Below are positions 52,320 to 64,000 of a DNA stretch of 64,000 nt, piece after piece (position 1 is the stretch's first letter; every line of letters starts with the position of its first letter). The notes under the pieces were generated by a model, which searched no databases, had not been told where the DNA came from, and saw only the letters and a program-made list of their open reading frames with translations. Source of the DNA: Malacoraja senta (Eukaryota); NCBI GenBank assembly GCA_038087875.1, contig JAXLNO010000136.1:62001-126000 (forward strand), read 5' to 3'. The translations under genes and the position numbers were made by a program.

Positions 52320-54040
52320 GCAAGGTCGCCATTAATCCGGGAATGTCGCCATAAATCCGGCAAGGTCGCCACATTCCCGGCAAGGTCGCCATAAATCCGG
52401 CAAAGTCGCCGCAAATCCGGCAAGGTCGCCACATTTCCGGCAAGTTCGCCATAAATCGGCAAGGTCGCCACAAACCCAGCAAGGTCGCCACAAATGCGGC
52501 AAGGTCGCCACATTTCCGGCAAGGTCGCCATAAATCCGGCGTTCGCCACAAATCCGACATGGTCCTCATAAATCCGGCAAGGTCGCCACATTCCCGGCAA
52601 GATCGCCATAAATCCGGCAAGGTCGCCACAAATCCGGCAAGGTCGCCACATTTCCGGCAAGGTCGCCATAAATCCGGCAAGGTCGCCATAAATCCGCAAG
52701 GTCGCCACAATTCCGGCAAGGTCGCCACAAATCCGCAGGGTCGCTACAAATGCGGCAAGGTCGCCACATTTCCGGCAAGATCGTCACATTTCCGTCAAGG
52801 TCGCCATTAATCCGGGAATTTCGCCATAAATCCGGCAAGGTCGCCACATTCCCGGCAAGGTCGCCACAAATCCGGCAAGGTCGCCACAAATGCGGCAAGG
52901 TCGCCATAAATCCGTCGAGGTCGCCATATTTCCGGCGAGGTCGCCATAAGTCCGGCAAGGTCGCCATAATTCCGACGAGGTCGCCATATTCCAGGTAAAG
53001 TCGCCATAAATCCGGCAAGGTCGCCATAAATCTGCAAAGTCGCCATTACTCCGGCACGGTCGCCGTATTTCCTGCACGGTCGCCATAAATCCGGCTAGGA
53101 CGCCATAAATCCGGCAAGGTTGCCATATTTCCGGCAAGGTTGCCGCAAATCCGGCAAGGTCGCCATATTTCTGTCAAGGTCGCCATAAATTCGGCAAGGT
53201 CGCCACAAATCCGGCAAGGGTCGCCACAAGTCCGGCATGGTCGCCACATTTCCGGCAAGGTCGCCATTAATCCGGGAATGTCGCCATAAATCCGGCAAGG
53301 TCGCCACATTCCCGGCAAGGTCGCCATAAATCCGGCAAAGTCGCCGCAAATCCGGCAAGGTCGCCACATTTCCGGCCAAGTTCGCCATAAATCCGGCAAG
53401 GACGCCACAAACCCAGCAAGGTCGCCACAAATGCGGCAAGGTCGCCACATTTCCGGCAAGGTCGCCATAAATCCGGCGTTCGCCACAAATCCGACATGGT
53501 CCTCATAAATCCGGCAAGGTCGCCACATTCCCGGCAAGATCGCCATAAATCCGGCAAGGTCGCCACAAATCCGGCAAGGTCGCCACATTTCCGGCAAGGT
53601 CGCCATAAATCCGGCAAGGTCGCCATAAATCCGGCAAGGTCGCCACAATTCCGGCAAGGTCGCCACAAATCCGCAGGATCGCTACAAATGCGGCAAGGTC
53701 GCCACATTTCCGGCAAGATCGTCACATTTCCGTCAAGGTCGCCATTAATCCGGGAATTTCGCCATAAATCCGGCAAGGTCGCCACATTCCCGGCAAGGTC
53801 GCCACAAATCCGGCAAGGTCGCCACAAATGCGGCAAGGTCGCCATAAATCCGTCGAGGTCGCCATATTTTCCGGCGAGGTCGCCATAAGTCCGGCAAGGT
53901 CGCCATAATTCCGACGAGGTCGCCATATTCCAGGTAAAGTCGCCATAAATCCGGCAAGGTCGCCATAAATCTGCAAAGTCGCCATTACTCCGGCACGGTC
54001 GCCGTATTTCCTGCACGGTCGCCATAAATCCGGCTAGGTC
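52320..54040 (-). repeat. About 937-bp higher-order duplication
   Basis: Track ORFs 52559/53496; shared gacatggtcctcat, ccaggtaaagt, cattactccgg. Confidence 0.82.
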
Positions 54041-54799
54041 GCCATATTTCCGTCAAGGTCGCCATAAAATTCGGCAAGGTCGCCACAAATCCGGCAAGGT
54101 CGCCACAAGTCCGGCATGGTCGCCACATTTCCGGCAAGTTCGCCATTAATCCGGGAATGCGCCATAAATCCGGCAAGGTCGCCACATTCCCGGGAAGGTC
54201 GCCATAAATCCGGCAATGTCGCCGCAAATCCGGCAAGGTCGCCACATTTCCGGCAAGGTCGCCATAAATCCGGCAAGGTAGTCACAAATCCAGCAAGGTC
54301 GCCACAAATGCGGCAAGGTCGCCACATTTCCGGTAAGGTCGCCATAAATCCGGCGTTCGCCACAAATCCGACAAGGTCGTCATAAATCCGGCAAGGTCGC
54401 CTCATTTACGGCAAGATCGCCATAAATCCGGCAAAGTCGCCATAAATCCGGAAGGTCGCCACAAATGCGGCAAAGTCGGCATATTTCCGGCAAGGTCGCC
54501 ATAAATCCGGCAAGGTCTCCATAAACCGGCGAGGTCGCCATATTTCAGGCGAGGTCGCCCTAATTCCGGCAAGGTCGTTATAAATCCGGGGAGGTCGCCA
54601 TATTTCCGGCGAGGTCGCCATAAATCCGGCAAGGTCGCCATAATTCCGGCGACGTCGCCATATTTCCGCCATGGTCGCCATAAATCCGGCAAGGTGGCCA
54701 CGAATCAGGGAAGGTCGCCATATTTCCGGCAAGGCCGCCATAAATCCGGCAAGGTGGCCTCAAATCCGGCTAGGTCGCCATATTTCAGGTGAGGTCGCC

Positions 54800-55570
54800 A
54801 TAAATCCGGCAAGGTGGCCTCAAATCCGGCATGGTCGCCACATTTTCGACGAGGTCGCCATAAATCCGTCAAGGTCGCCATAACTCTGGCAAGGTGGCCA
54901 CAGTTCCGGCGGGGTCGCCACAAACCCGGCAAGGTCGCCATATTTGCGGCACGGTCGCCATATTTCCGGCAAGGTCGCCATAAATCCGGCAACGTCGCCA
55001 TATTTCCGGCACGGTCGCCATGATTCCGGCAAGGTCGCCACAAATCCGGCAAGGTCGCCATATTTCCGGAACGGTCGCCATAAATCAGGCAAGGTCGCCA
55101 CAAATCTGGCAAGGTCGCATATTTCCGGCACGGTCGCCATAAATCCGGCAAGGTCGCCACTAATCCGGCAAGGTCGCCATATTTCCGGCAAGGACGCCAT
55201 ACATCCGGCAAGGTCGCCACAAATCCAGCAAGGTCGCCATATTCCCGGCAAGATCGCCATAAATCCGGCAAGGTGGCCTCAAATCCGGCATGGTCGCCAC
55301 ATTTTCGACGAGGTCGCGATAAATCCGGCAAGGTCGCCATAACTCTGGCAAGGTGGCCACAGTTCCGGCGGGGTCGCCACAAACCCGGCAAGGTCGCCAT
55401 ATTTGCGGCACGGTCGCCATATTTCCGGCAAGGTCGCCATAAATCCGGCAACGTCGCCATATTTCCGGCACGGTCGCCATGATTCCGGCAAGGTCGCCAC
55501 AAATCCGGCAAGGACGCCATATTTCCGGAACGGTCGCCATAAATCAGGCAAGGTCGCCACAAATCTGGTA
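54800..55570 (-). repeat. About 310-bp segment repeated at 459-bp spacing
   Basis: Track ORFs 54814/55273 and 54944/55403; shared ttttcgacgagg, cagttccggcgggg, ggaacggtcgcc. Confidence 0.82.
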
Positions 55571-58500
55571 AGGGTCGCCATATTTCCGGCAAGGTCGCCA
55601 TTAATCCGGGAATGTCGCCATAAATCCGGCAAGGTCGCCACATTCCCGGCAAGATCGCCATAAATCCGGCAAGGTCGCCACATATCCGGCAAGATCGCCA
55701 CATTCCCGGCGAGGTCGCCAACAATCCGGCTAGGTCGCCACAAATCCGGCAAGGTCGCCATAAATCCTGCGAGGTCGCCATAAATCCGGCAAGGTTGCCA
55801 CATATCCCGCAAGGTCGCCATAAATCCCGCGAGGTCGCCATTTTTCTGGCAAGGTCGCCACAAATCCTGCAAGGTCGCCATAAACCGGCAAGGTCGCCAT
55901 ATTTTCCGGCACGGTGGCCATATTTCCGGCAAGGTCGCCATATATCCGGCAAAGTCGCCATACTTCTGGGCACGGTCGCCATAAATCCGGCAAGGTCGCC
56001 TCAAATGCGGCAAGATCGCCATATTTCCGGCACGGTCGCCATAAATCCGCCAAAGTCGCCACAAATCCGGCAAGGTCTCCTTAATCCAGGCAAGGGTCAC
56101 CACAAATCCGGCAAGGTCGCCACATTTCCCGGCAAGGTCGCCATATTTCCGGCAAGGTCACCATAAATCCGGCAAGGTCGCACAAATGCGGCAAGGTCGC
56201 CATAAATCCGGCAAGGTCGCCATATTTCGGGCAAGGTCGCCATAATTCCGGAGATGCCGCCATAGTTCCGGCAAAGTCGCCATAAATCCAGCAAGTTTGC
56301 CATAAATCTGCAAAGTCGCCATAACACCGGCAAGGTCGTTGTATTTCCGGCACGGTCGCCATAAATCCGGCTAGGACGCCATAAATATGGCAAGGTCGCC
56401 ATATTTCCGGCAAGGTCGCCATAGATCCGGCAAGGTCGCCACAAATCCGGCAAGGTCGCAACATTTCGGCAAGGTCGCCAGAAATCCGGCATCGTCGCCA
56501 GAAATCCGGCAAGGTCGCCACATTCCGGCAAGGTCGCCATGAATCCGGCAAGGTCGCCACAAGTCCGGCAAGGTCGCCACATTTCCGGCAAGGATGCCAT
56601 AAATCTGGCAAGGTCGCCTCAAATCCACAAGGTCGACATAAATCCGGCAAGGTCGCCACATTCCAGGCAAGGTCGCCATAAATCCGGCAAGGTCGCCTCA
56701 AATCCGGCAAGGTCGCCACACTTTGGACAAGGTCGCCATAAATTCGGCAAGGTCGCCACAAATCCGGCAAGGTCGCCACAAATGTGGCAAGGTCGCCACA
56801 TTTCCGGCAATGTCGCCATAAATCCGGTAAATTCGCCACAAATCCGACAAGGTCGCCATAAATCCGGCAAGGTCGCCACATTTCCGGCAAGACCGCCATA
56901 AATCCGACAAGGTCGCCACAAGTCCGCCAAGGTCGCCACATTTCCGGCAAGGTCGCCACAAATGCAGCAAGGTCGCCATATTTCCGGCAACGTCGCCATA
57001 CATCCGGCAAAGTCGCCAAAAATCCGGCAAGATCGCAACATTTCCGTCGAGGTCGCCATAAATCCGTCATGGTCGCCACATATCCGGCAAGATCGCCACA
57101 TTCCCGGCGAGGTCGCCAACATTACGGCAAGGTCGCCACAAATCCGGCAAGGTCGCCATAAATCCTGCGAGGTCTCCATAAATCCGGCAAGATCGCCACA
57201 TATCCCGCAAGGTCGCCATAAATCCCGCGAGGTCGCCATTTTTCTGGCAAGGTCCACACAAATCCTGCAAGGTCGCCATAAACCGGCAAGGTCGCCATAT
57301 TTCCGGCACGGTGGCCATATTTCCGGCAGGTCGCCATATATCCGCCAAAGTCGCCATACTTCTGGCACGGTCGCCATAATCCCGGCAAGGTCGCCATAAA
57401 TCCGGCAAGGAAGCACAAATCGGCAAGGTCGCCATGTTTCCGGCAAGTTCGCCGTAATTCCGGCAAGGTCGCCACAAATCCGGCAAGGTCGCCATAATTC
57501 CGGCATGGTCGCCATTAATCCGCCAAGGTGGCCACAAATCAGGCAAGGTCGCCACATTTCAGGCAAGGTCGCCATAAATCCGGCAACGTCGCCACAAATC
57601 CGGCAAGGTCGCCACATTTCAGGTAAGGTCGCCATTAATCCGGGAATGTCGCCATAAATCCGACAAGGTCGCCACATTTCCGGCAAGGTCGCCATAGATC
57701 CGGCAAAGTCGCCACAAATCCGGCAAGGTCGCAACATTTCGGCAAGGTCGCCAGAAATCCGGCATCGTCGCCAGAAATCCGGCAAGGGTCGCCACATTTC
57801 CGGCAAGGTCGCCATGAATCCGGCAAGGTCGCCACAAGTCCGGCAAGGTCGCCACATTTCCGGCAAGGATGCCATAAATCTGGCAAGGTCGCCTCAAATC
57901 CCACAAGGTCGCCATAAATCCGGCAAGGTCGCCACATTCCCGGCAAGGTCGCCATAAATCCGGCAAGGTCGCCTCAAATCCGGCAAGGTCGCCACACTTT
58001 CGACAAGGTCGCCATAAATTCGGCAAGGTCGCCACAAATCCAGCAAGGTCGCCACAAATGCGGCCAGGTCGCCACATTTCCGGCAATGTCGCCATAAATC
58101 CGGCAAGTTCGCCACAAATCCGACAAGGTCGCCATAAATCCGGCAAGGTCGCCACATTTCCGGCAAGATCGCCATCAATCCGACAAGGTATCCACAAGTC
58201 CACCATGGTCGCCACATTTCCGGCAAGGTCGTCACAAATGCGGCAAGGTCGCCATATTTCCGGCAACGTCCCCATTAATCCGGCAAGGTCGCCACAAATC
58301 CGGCAAGGTCGCCTCAAATCCGGCAAGGTTGCCATATTTCTGGCTAGGTCGCCATAAATCCGGCAAGGTCGCCACAAATCCGGCAAGGTCGTAATATTTC
58401 CGGCAAGGTCGCCATAAATCCGGCAAGTTCGCCCCAAATCCGGCAAGGTCGCCATATTGCCGGCAAGGTCGCCATAAATCCGGCAAGGTCGCCACATTTC

Positions 58501-60844
58501 CGGCAAAGTCGCCATGATTCCGGCAAGATCGCCACAAACCAGGCAAGGTCGCCACATTTCCGGCGTGGTCGCCATACATCCGGCAAAGTCGCCAAAAATC
58601 CGACAAGATCGCAACATTTCCGTCGAGGTCGCCATAAATCCGTCAAGGTCGCCACATATCCGGTAAGATCGCCACATTCCCGGCGAGGTCGCCAACAATC
58701 CGGCAAGGTCGCCACAAATCCGGCAAGGTCGCCATAAATCCTGCGAGGTCGCCATAAATCCGGCAAGGTCGCCACATATCCCGCAAGGTCGCCATAAATC
58801 CCGCGAGGTCGCCATTTTTCTGGCAAGGTCGCCATAAATCCTGCAAGGTCGCCATAAACCGGCAAGGTCGCCATATTTCCGGCACGATGGCCATATTTCT
58901 GGCAAGGTCGCCATATATCCGGCAAAGTTGCCATACTTCTGGCACGGTCGCCATATTTCCGGCACGGTCGCCATAAATCCGCCAGTCGCCACAAATCCGG
59001 CAAGGTCTCCATAATCCCGGCAAGGTCGCCATAAATCCGGCAAGGACGCCACAAATCCGGCAAGGTCGCCATATTTCCGGCAAGTTCGCCGTAATTCCGG
59101 CAAGGTCGCCACAAATCCGGCAAGGTTGCAATATTTCCGGCATGGTCGCCATTAATCCGGCAAGGTGGCCACAAATCAGGGAAGGTCGGCACATTTCAGG
59201 CAAGGTCGCCATAACTCCGGCAAGATCGCCACAAATCCGGCAAAGTCGCCACATTTCCGGCAAGGTCGCCATTAATCCGGGAATCTCGCCATAAATCCGG
59301 CAAGGTCGCCACATTCCCGGCAAGGTCGCCACAAATCCGGCAAGGTCGCCACAAATGCGGCAAGGTCGCCATAAATCCGGCAAGGTTGCCATATTTCCGG
59401 CAAGGTCGCCATAAAACCGGCGAGGTCGCCATGTTTCCGGCGAGGTCGCCATAAATCCGGTAAGGTCGCCATAATTCCGGCGAGGTCGCCATATTCCCGG
59501 TAAAGTCGCCATAAATCCGGCAAGGTCGCCATAAATCTGCAAAGTCGCCATAACTCAGGCACGGTCGCCGTATTTCCGGCACGGTCGCCATAAATCCGGC
59601 TAGGACGCCATAAATCCGGCAAGGTCGCCATATTTCCGGCAAGGTTGCCACAAATCCGGCAAGGTCGCCATATTTCCGTCAAGGTCGCCATAAATTCGGC
59701 AAGGTCGCCACAATCCAGCAGGGTCGCCACAAATGCGGCAAGGTCGCCACATTTCCGGCAAGGTCGTCACATCTCCGGCAAGGTCGCCATTAAATCGGGA
59801 ATTTCGCCATAAATCCGGCAAGGTCGCCACATTCCCGGCAAGGTCGCCATAAATCCGGCGTTCGCCACAAATCCGACAAGGTCGTAATAAATCCGGCAAG
59901 GTCGCCACATTCCCGGCAAGATCGTCATAAATCCGGCAAGGTCGCCACAAATCCGGCAAGGTCGCCACATTTCCGGCAAGGTCGCCATAAATCCGGCAAG
60001 GTCGCCATAAATCCGGCAAGGTCGCCACATTTCCGGCAAGGTCGCCATATTTCCGGCAGGGTCGCCACAAATCCAGCAGGGTCGCCACAAATGCGGCAAG
60101 GTCGCCACATTTCCGGCAAGGTCGTCACATTTCCGGCAATGTCGTCATAAATCCGGCAAGGTCGCCACAAATCCATCAAGGTCGCCACAAATGCGGCAAG
60201 GTCGCCACATTTCCGGCAAGGTCGCCATAATCCGGCGTTCGCCACAAATCCGACAAGGTCGTCAAAAATCCGGCAAGGTCGCCACATTCCCGGCAAGATG
60301 GCCATAAATCCGGCAAGGTCGCCACAAATCCGGCTAGGTCGCCACATTTCCGGTAAGGTCGCCATTAATCCGGCAAGGTCGCCATAAATCCGGCAAGGTC
60401 GCCACATTTCCGGCAACGTCGCCATATTTCCGGCAAAGTCGCCACAAATCCAGCAGGGTCGCCACAAATGCGGCAAGGTCGCCACATTTCCGGCAAGGTC
60501 GTCACATTTCCGGCAAGGTCGCCATTAAACCGGGAATTTCGCCATAAATCCGGCAAGGTCGCCACATTCCCGGCAAGGTCGCCACAAATCCGGCAAGGTC
60601 GGCACAAATGCGGCAAGGTCGCCATAAATCCGGCGAGGTCGCCATATTTCCGGCGACGTCGCCATAAATCCGGCAAGGTCGCCATAATTCCGGCGAGGTC
60701 GCCATATTCCCGGTAAAGTCGCCATAAATCCGGCAAGGTCGCCATAAATCTGCAAAGTCGCCATAACGCCGGCACGGTCGCCGTATTTCCGGCACGGTCG
60801 CCATAAATCCGGCAAGGACGCGATAAATCCGGCAAGGTCGCCAT

Positions 60845-61772
60845 ATTTCCGGCAAGGTTGCCACAAATCCGGCAAGGTCGCCATATTTCCGTCAAGGTCG
60901 CCATAAATTCGGCAAGGTCGCCACAAATCCGGCAAGGTCGCCACAAGTCCGGCAAGGTCGCCACATTTCCGGCAAGTTCGCCATTAATCCGGGAATGTCG
61001 CCATGAATCCGGCAAGGTCGCCACATTCCCGGCAAGGTCGCCATAAATCCGGCAAGGTCGCCGCAAATCCGGCAAGGTCGCCACATTTCCGGCAAGGTCG
61101 CCATAAATCCGGCAAGGTCGTCACTAATCCAGCAAGGTCGCCACAAATGCGGCAAGGTCGCCACATTTCCGGTAAGGTCGCCATAAATCCGGCGTTCGCC
61201 ACAAATCCGACAAGGTCGTCATGAATCCGGCAAGGTCGCCACATTTCCAGCAAGGTCGCCATAAATCCGGCAAAGTCGCCATAAATCCGGCAAGGTCGCC
61301 ACATTTCCGGCAAGGTTGCCACAAATCCGGCAAGGTCGCCATATTTCCGTCAAGGTCGCCATAAATTCGGCAAGGTCGCCACAAATCCGGCAAGGTCGCC
61401 ACAAGTCCGGCAAGGTCGCCACATTTCCGGCAAGTTCGCCATTAATCCGGGAATGTCGCCATGAATCCGGCAAGGTCGCCACATTCCCGGCAAGGTCGCC
61501 ATAAATCCGGCAAGGTCGCCGCAAATCCGGCAAGGTCGCCACATTTCCGGCAAGGTCGCCATAAATCCGGCAAGGTCGTCACTAATCCAGCAAGGTCGCC
61601 ACAAATGCGGCAAGGTCGCCACATTTCCGGTAAGGTCGCCATAAATCCGGCGTTCGCCACAAATCCGACAAGGTCGTCATGAATCCGGCAAGGTCGCCAC
61701 ATTTCCAGCAAGGTCGCCATAAATCCGGCAAAGTCGCCATAAATCCGGCAAGGTCGCCACATTTCCGGCAAG
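60845..61772 (-). repeat. 458-bp near-exact tandem duplication
   Basis: Identical track ORFs at 60858/61316, 60892/61350 and 61003/61461. Confidence 0.88.
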
Positions 61773-64000
61773 GTCGCCATATTTCCCGCTAAGTCGCCAT
61801 TAATCCGGCAAGGTCGCCACAAATCCGGCAAGGTCGCCACATTTCCGGCAAAGTCGCCATAAACCCGGCAAGGTCGACAACATCCGGCAAGATCGCATAA
61901 TTTCTGTCGAGGTCGCAATAAATCCGGCAAGGTCGCCACAAATCCAGCAAGGTCGCCACATTTCCGTCGAGGTCGCCATAAAGCCGGCAAGGTCGCCAAA
62001 TATCCGGCAAGATCGCCACATTCCCGGCGAGGTCGCCAACAATCCGGCAAGGTCGCCACAAATCCTGCAAGGTCGCCATAAACCTGCAAGGTCGCCATAT
62101 TTCCGGCACGGTGGCCATATTTCCGGCAAGGTCGCCATAAATCCGGCAAGGTCGCCATATTTACGGCACGGTCGCCATAAATCCGCCAAAGTCGCCACAA
62201 TCCGGCAAGGTGGCCATATTTCCGGCAAGGTCGCCATAAATCCGGCAACGTCGCCACAAATCCGGCAAGGTCGCCATATTACCGGCAAGGTCGACATAAA
62301 TCCAGCAAGGACGCCATAAATCCGGCAAGGTCGCCACATATCCGGCAAGATCGCCACATTCCCGGCGAGGTCGCCAACAATCCGGCTAGGTCGCCACAAA
62401 TCCGGCAAGGTCGCCATAAATCCTGCGAGGTCGCCATAAATCCGGCAAGGTTGCCACATATCCCGCAAGGTCGCCATAAATCCCGCGAGGTCGCCATTTT
62501 TCTGGCAAGGTCGCCACAAATCCTGCAAGGTCGCCATAAACCGGCAAGGTCGCCATATTTCCGGCACGGTGGCCATATTTCCGGCAAGGTCGCCATATAT
62601 CCGGCAAAGTCGCCATACTTCTGGCACGGTCGCCATAAATCCGGCAAGGTCGCCTCAAATGCGGCAAGGTCGCCATATTTCCGGCACGGTCGCCATAAAT
62701 CCGCCAAAGTCGCCACAAATCCGGCAAGGTCTCCATAATCCCGGCAAGGTCGCCATAAATCCGGCAAGGACGCCACAAATCCGGCAATGTCGCCATATTT
62801 CCGGCAAGTTCGCCGTAATTCCGGCAAGGTCGCCACAAATCCGGCAAGGTCGCCACATATCCGGCAAGATCGCCACATTCCCGGCGAGGTCGCCAACAAT
62901 CCGGCTAGGTCGCCACAAATCCGGCAAGGTCGCCACATTTCCGGCAAGGTCGCCATAAATCCGGCAAGGTCGTCACTAATCCAGCAAGGTCGCCACAAAT
63001 GCGGCAAGGTCGCCACATTTCCGGTAAGGTCGCCATAAATCCGGCGTTCGCCACAAATCCGACAAGGTCGTCATAAATCCGGCAAGGTCGCCATATTTCC
63101 GGCAAGGTCGCCACAAATCCGGCAAGGTCGCCACATTTCCGGCAAGGTCGCCATAAATCCGGCAAAGTCGCCATAAATCCGGCAAGGTCGCCACATTTCC
63201 GGCAAGGTCGCCATATTTCCCGCTAAGTCGCCATTAATCCGGCAAGGTCGCCACAAATCCGGCAAGGTCGCCACATTTCCGGCAAAGTCGCCATAAACCC
63301 GGCAAGGTCGACAACATCCGGCAAGATCGCATAATTTCTGTCGAGGTCGCAATAAATCCGGCAAGGTCGCCACAAATCCAGCAAGGTCGCCACATTTCCG
63401 TCGAGGTCGCCATAAAGCCGGCAAGGTCGCCAAATATCCGGCAAGATCGCCACATTCCCGGCGAGGTCGCCAACAATCCGGCAAGGTCGCCACAAATCCT
63501 GCAAGGTCGCCATAAACCTGCAAGGTCGCCATATTTCCGGCACGGTGGCCATATTTCCGGCAAGGTCGCCATAAATCCGGCAAGGTCGCCATATTTACGG
63601 CACGGTCGCCATAAATCCGCCAAAGTCGCCACAATCCGGCAAGGTGGCCATATTTCCGGCAAGGTCGCCATAAATCCGGCAACGTCGCCACAAATCCGGC
63701 AAGGTCGCCATATTACCGGCAAGGTCGACATAAATCCAGCAAGGACGCCATAAATCCGGCAACGTCGCCACATATCCGGCAAGATCGCCACATTCCCGGC
63801 GAGGTCGCCAACAATCCGGCTAGGTCGCCACAAATCCGGCAAGGTCGCCATAAATCCTGCGAGGTCGCCATAAATCCGGCAAGGTTGCCACATATCCCGC
63901 AAGGTCGCCATAAATCCCGCGAGGTCGCCATTTTTCTGGCAAGGTCGCCACAAATCCTGCAAGGTCGCCATAAACCGGCAAGGTCGCCATATTTCCGGCA
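61715..64000 (-). repeat. 1434-bp higher-order duplication; second copy cut by the window end
   Basis: Identical track ORFs 61789/63223; shared cccgctaagtc, gacaacatccgg, gcataatttctgtcg. Confidence 0.88.

Larger units (their letters stand above)
46685..64000 (-). repeat. 20-bp satellite array, contig 3, reverse orientation; runs off the window end
   Basis: Same reverse-complement monomer throughout; variant spectrum resembles contig 1. Confidence 0.99.

Noticed and set aside
52..63971. Hundreds of long ORFs with MATLPDLWRPCRI / ARSPQIRQGRH repeats
   Set aside because: They overlap in all frames, translate the same 20-bp monomer, and are broken by non-triplet indels; artefacts of a stop-free repeat.
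1..64000. CRISPR-like array (conserved repeat with variable part)
   Set aside because: The variable part is only 4 bp with about four states; no unique spacers, leader or cas genes; a vertebrate-type LINE is embedded.
1..64000. CpG-island promoter, telomeric repeat, rDNA or tRNA arrays
   Set aside because: CpG density comes from the repeat itself; no TTAGGG tracts and no rRNA- or tRNA-like sequence seen.

Overview
Eukaryotic satellite DNA, not a gene-bearing or prokaryotic region. About 97% of the window is one GC/CpG-rich tandem repeat with a 20-bp monomer, consensus TGGCGACCTTGCCGGA-WWTR (mostly TTTA/TTTG/AATA/AATG). The array lies in three contigs separated by two 200-N gaps (8341-8540, 46485-46684); it reads on + before the first gap and on - after it. 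The only non-satellite sequence is a 5'-truncated CR1-clade LINE (6410-7551, +) with a partial reverse transcriptase, one premature stop, a structured 3' UTR and a (TTTCTATG)3 tail; from recall, its 3' end resembles cartilaginous-fish (skate/ray/shark) CR1/HER1-type elements. The hundreds of ORFs in the track are artefacts of a monomer that has no stop codon on one strand. The array has layered higher-order duplications (120 bp to about 2 kb, plus a block repeated about 16 kb away) and contig-specific variant subfamilies. I find no evidence of a novel gene system. The best leads are the satellite family itself (possibly undescribed), its higher-order organisation, and the LINE insertion junction, which can be reconstructed from empty paralogous sites in the same array.
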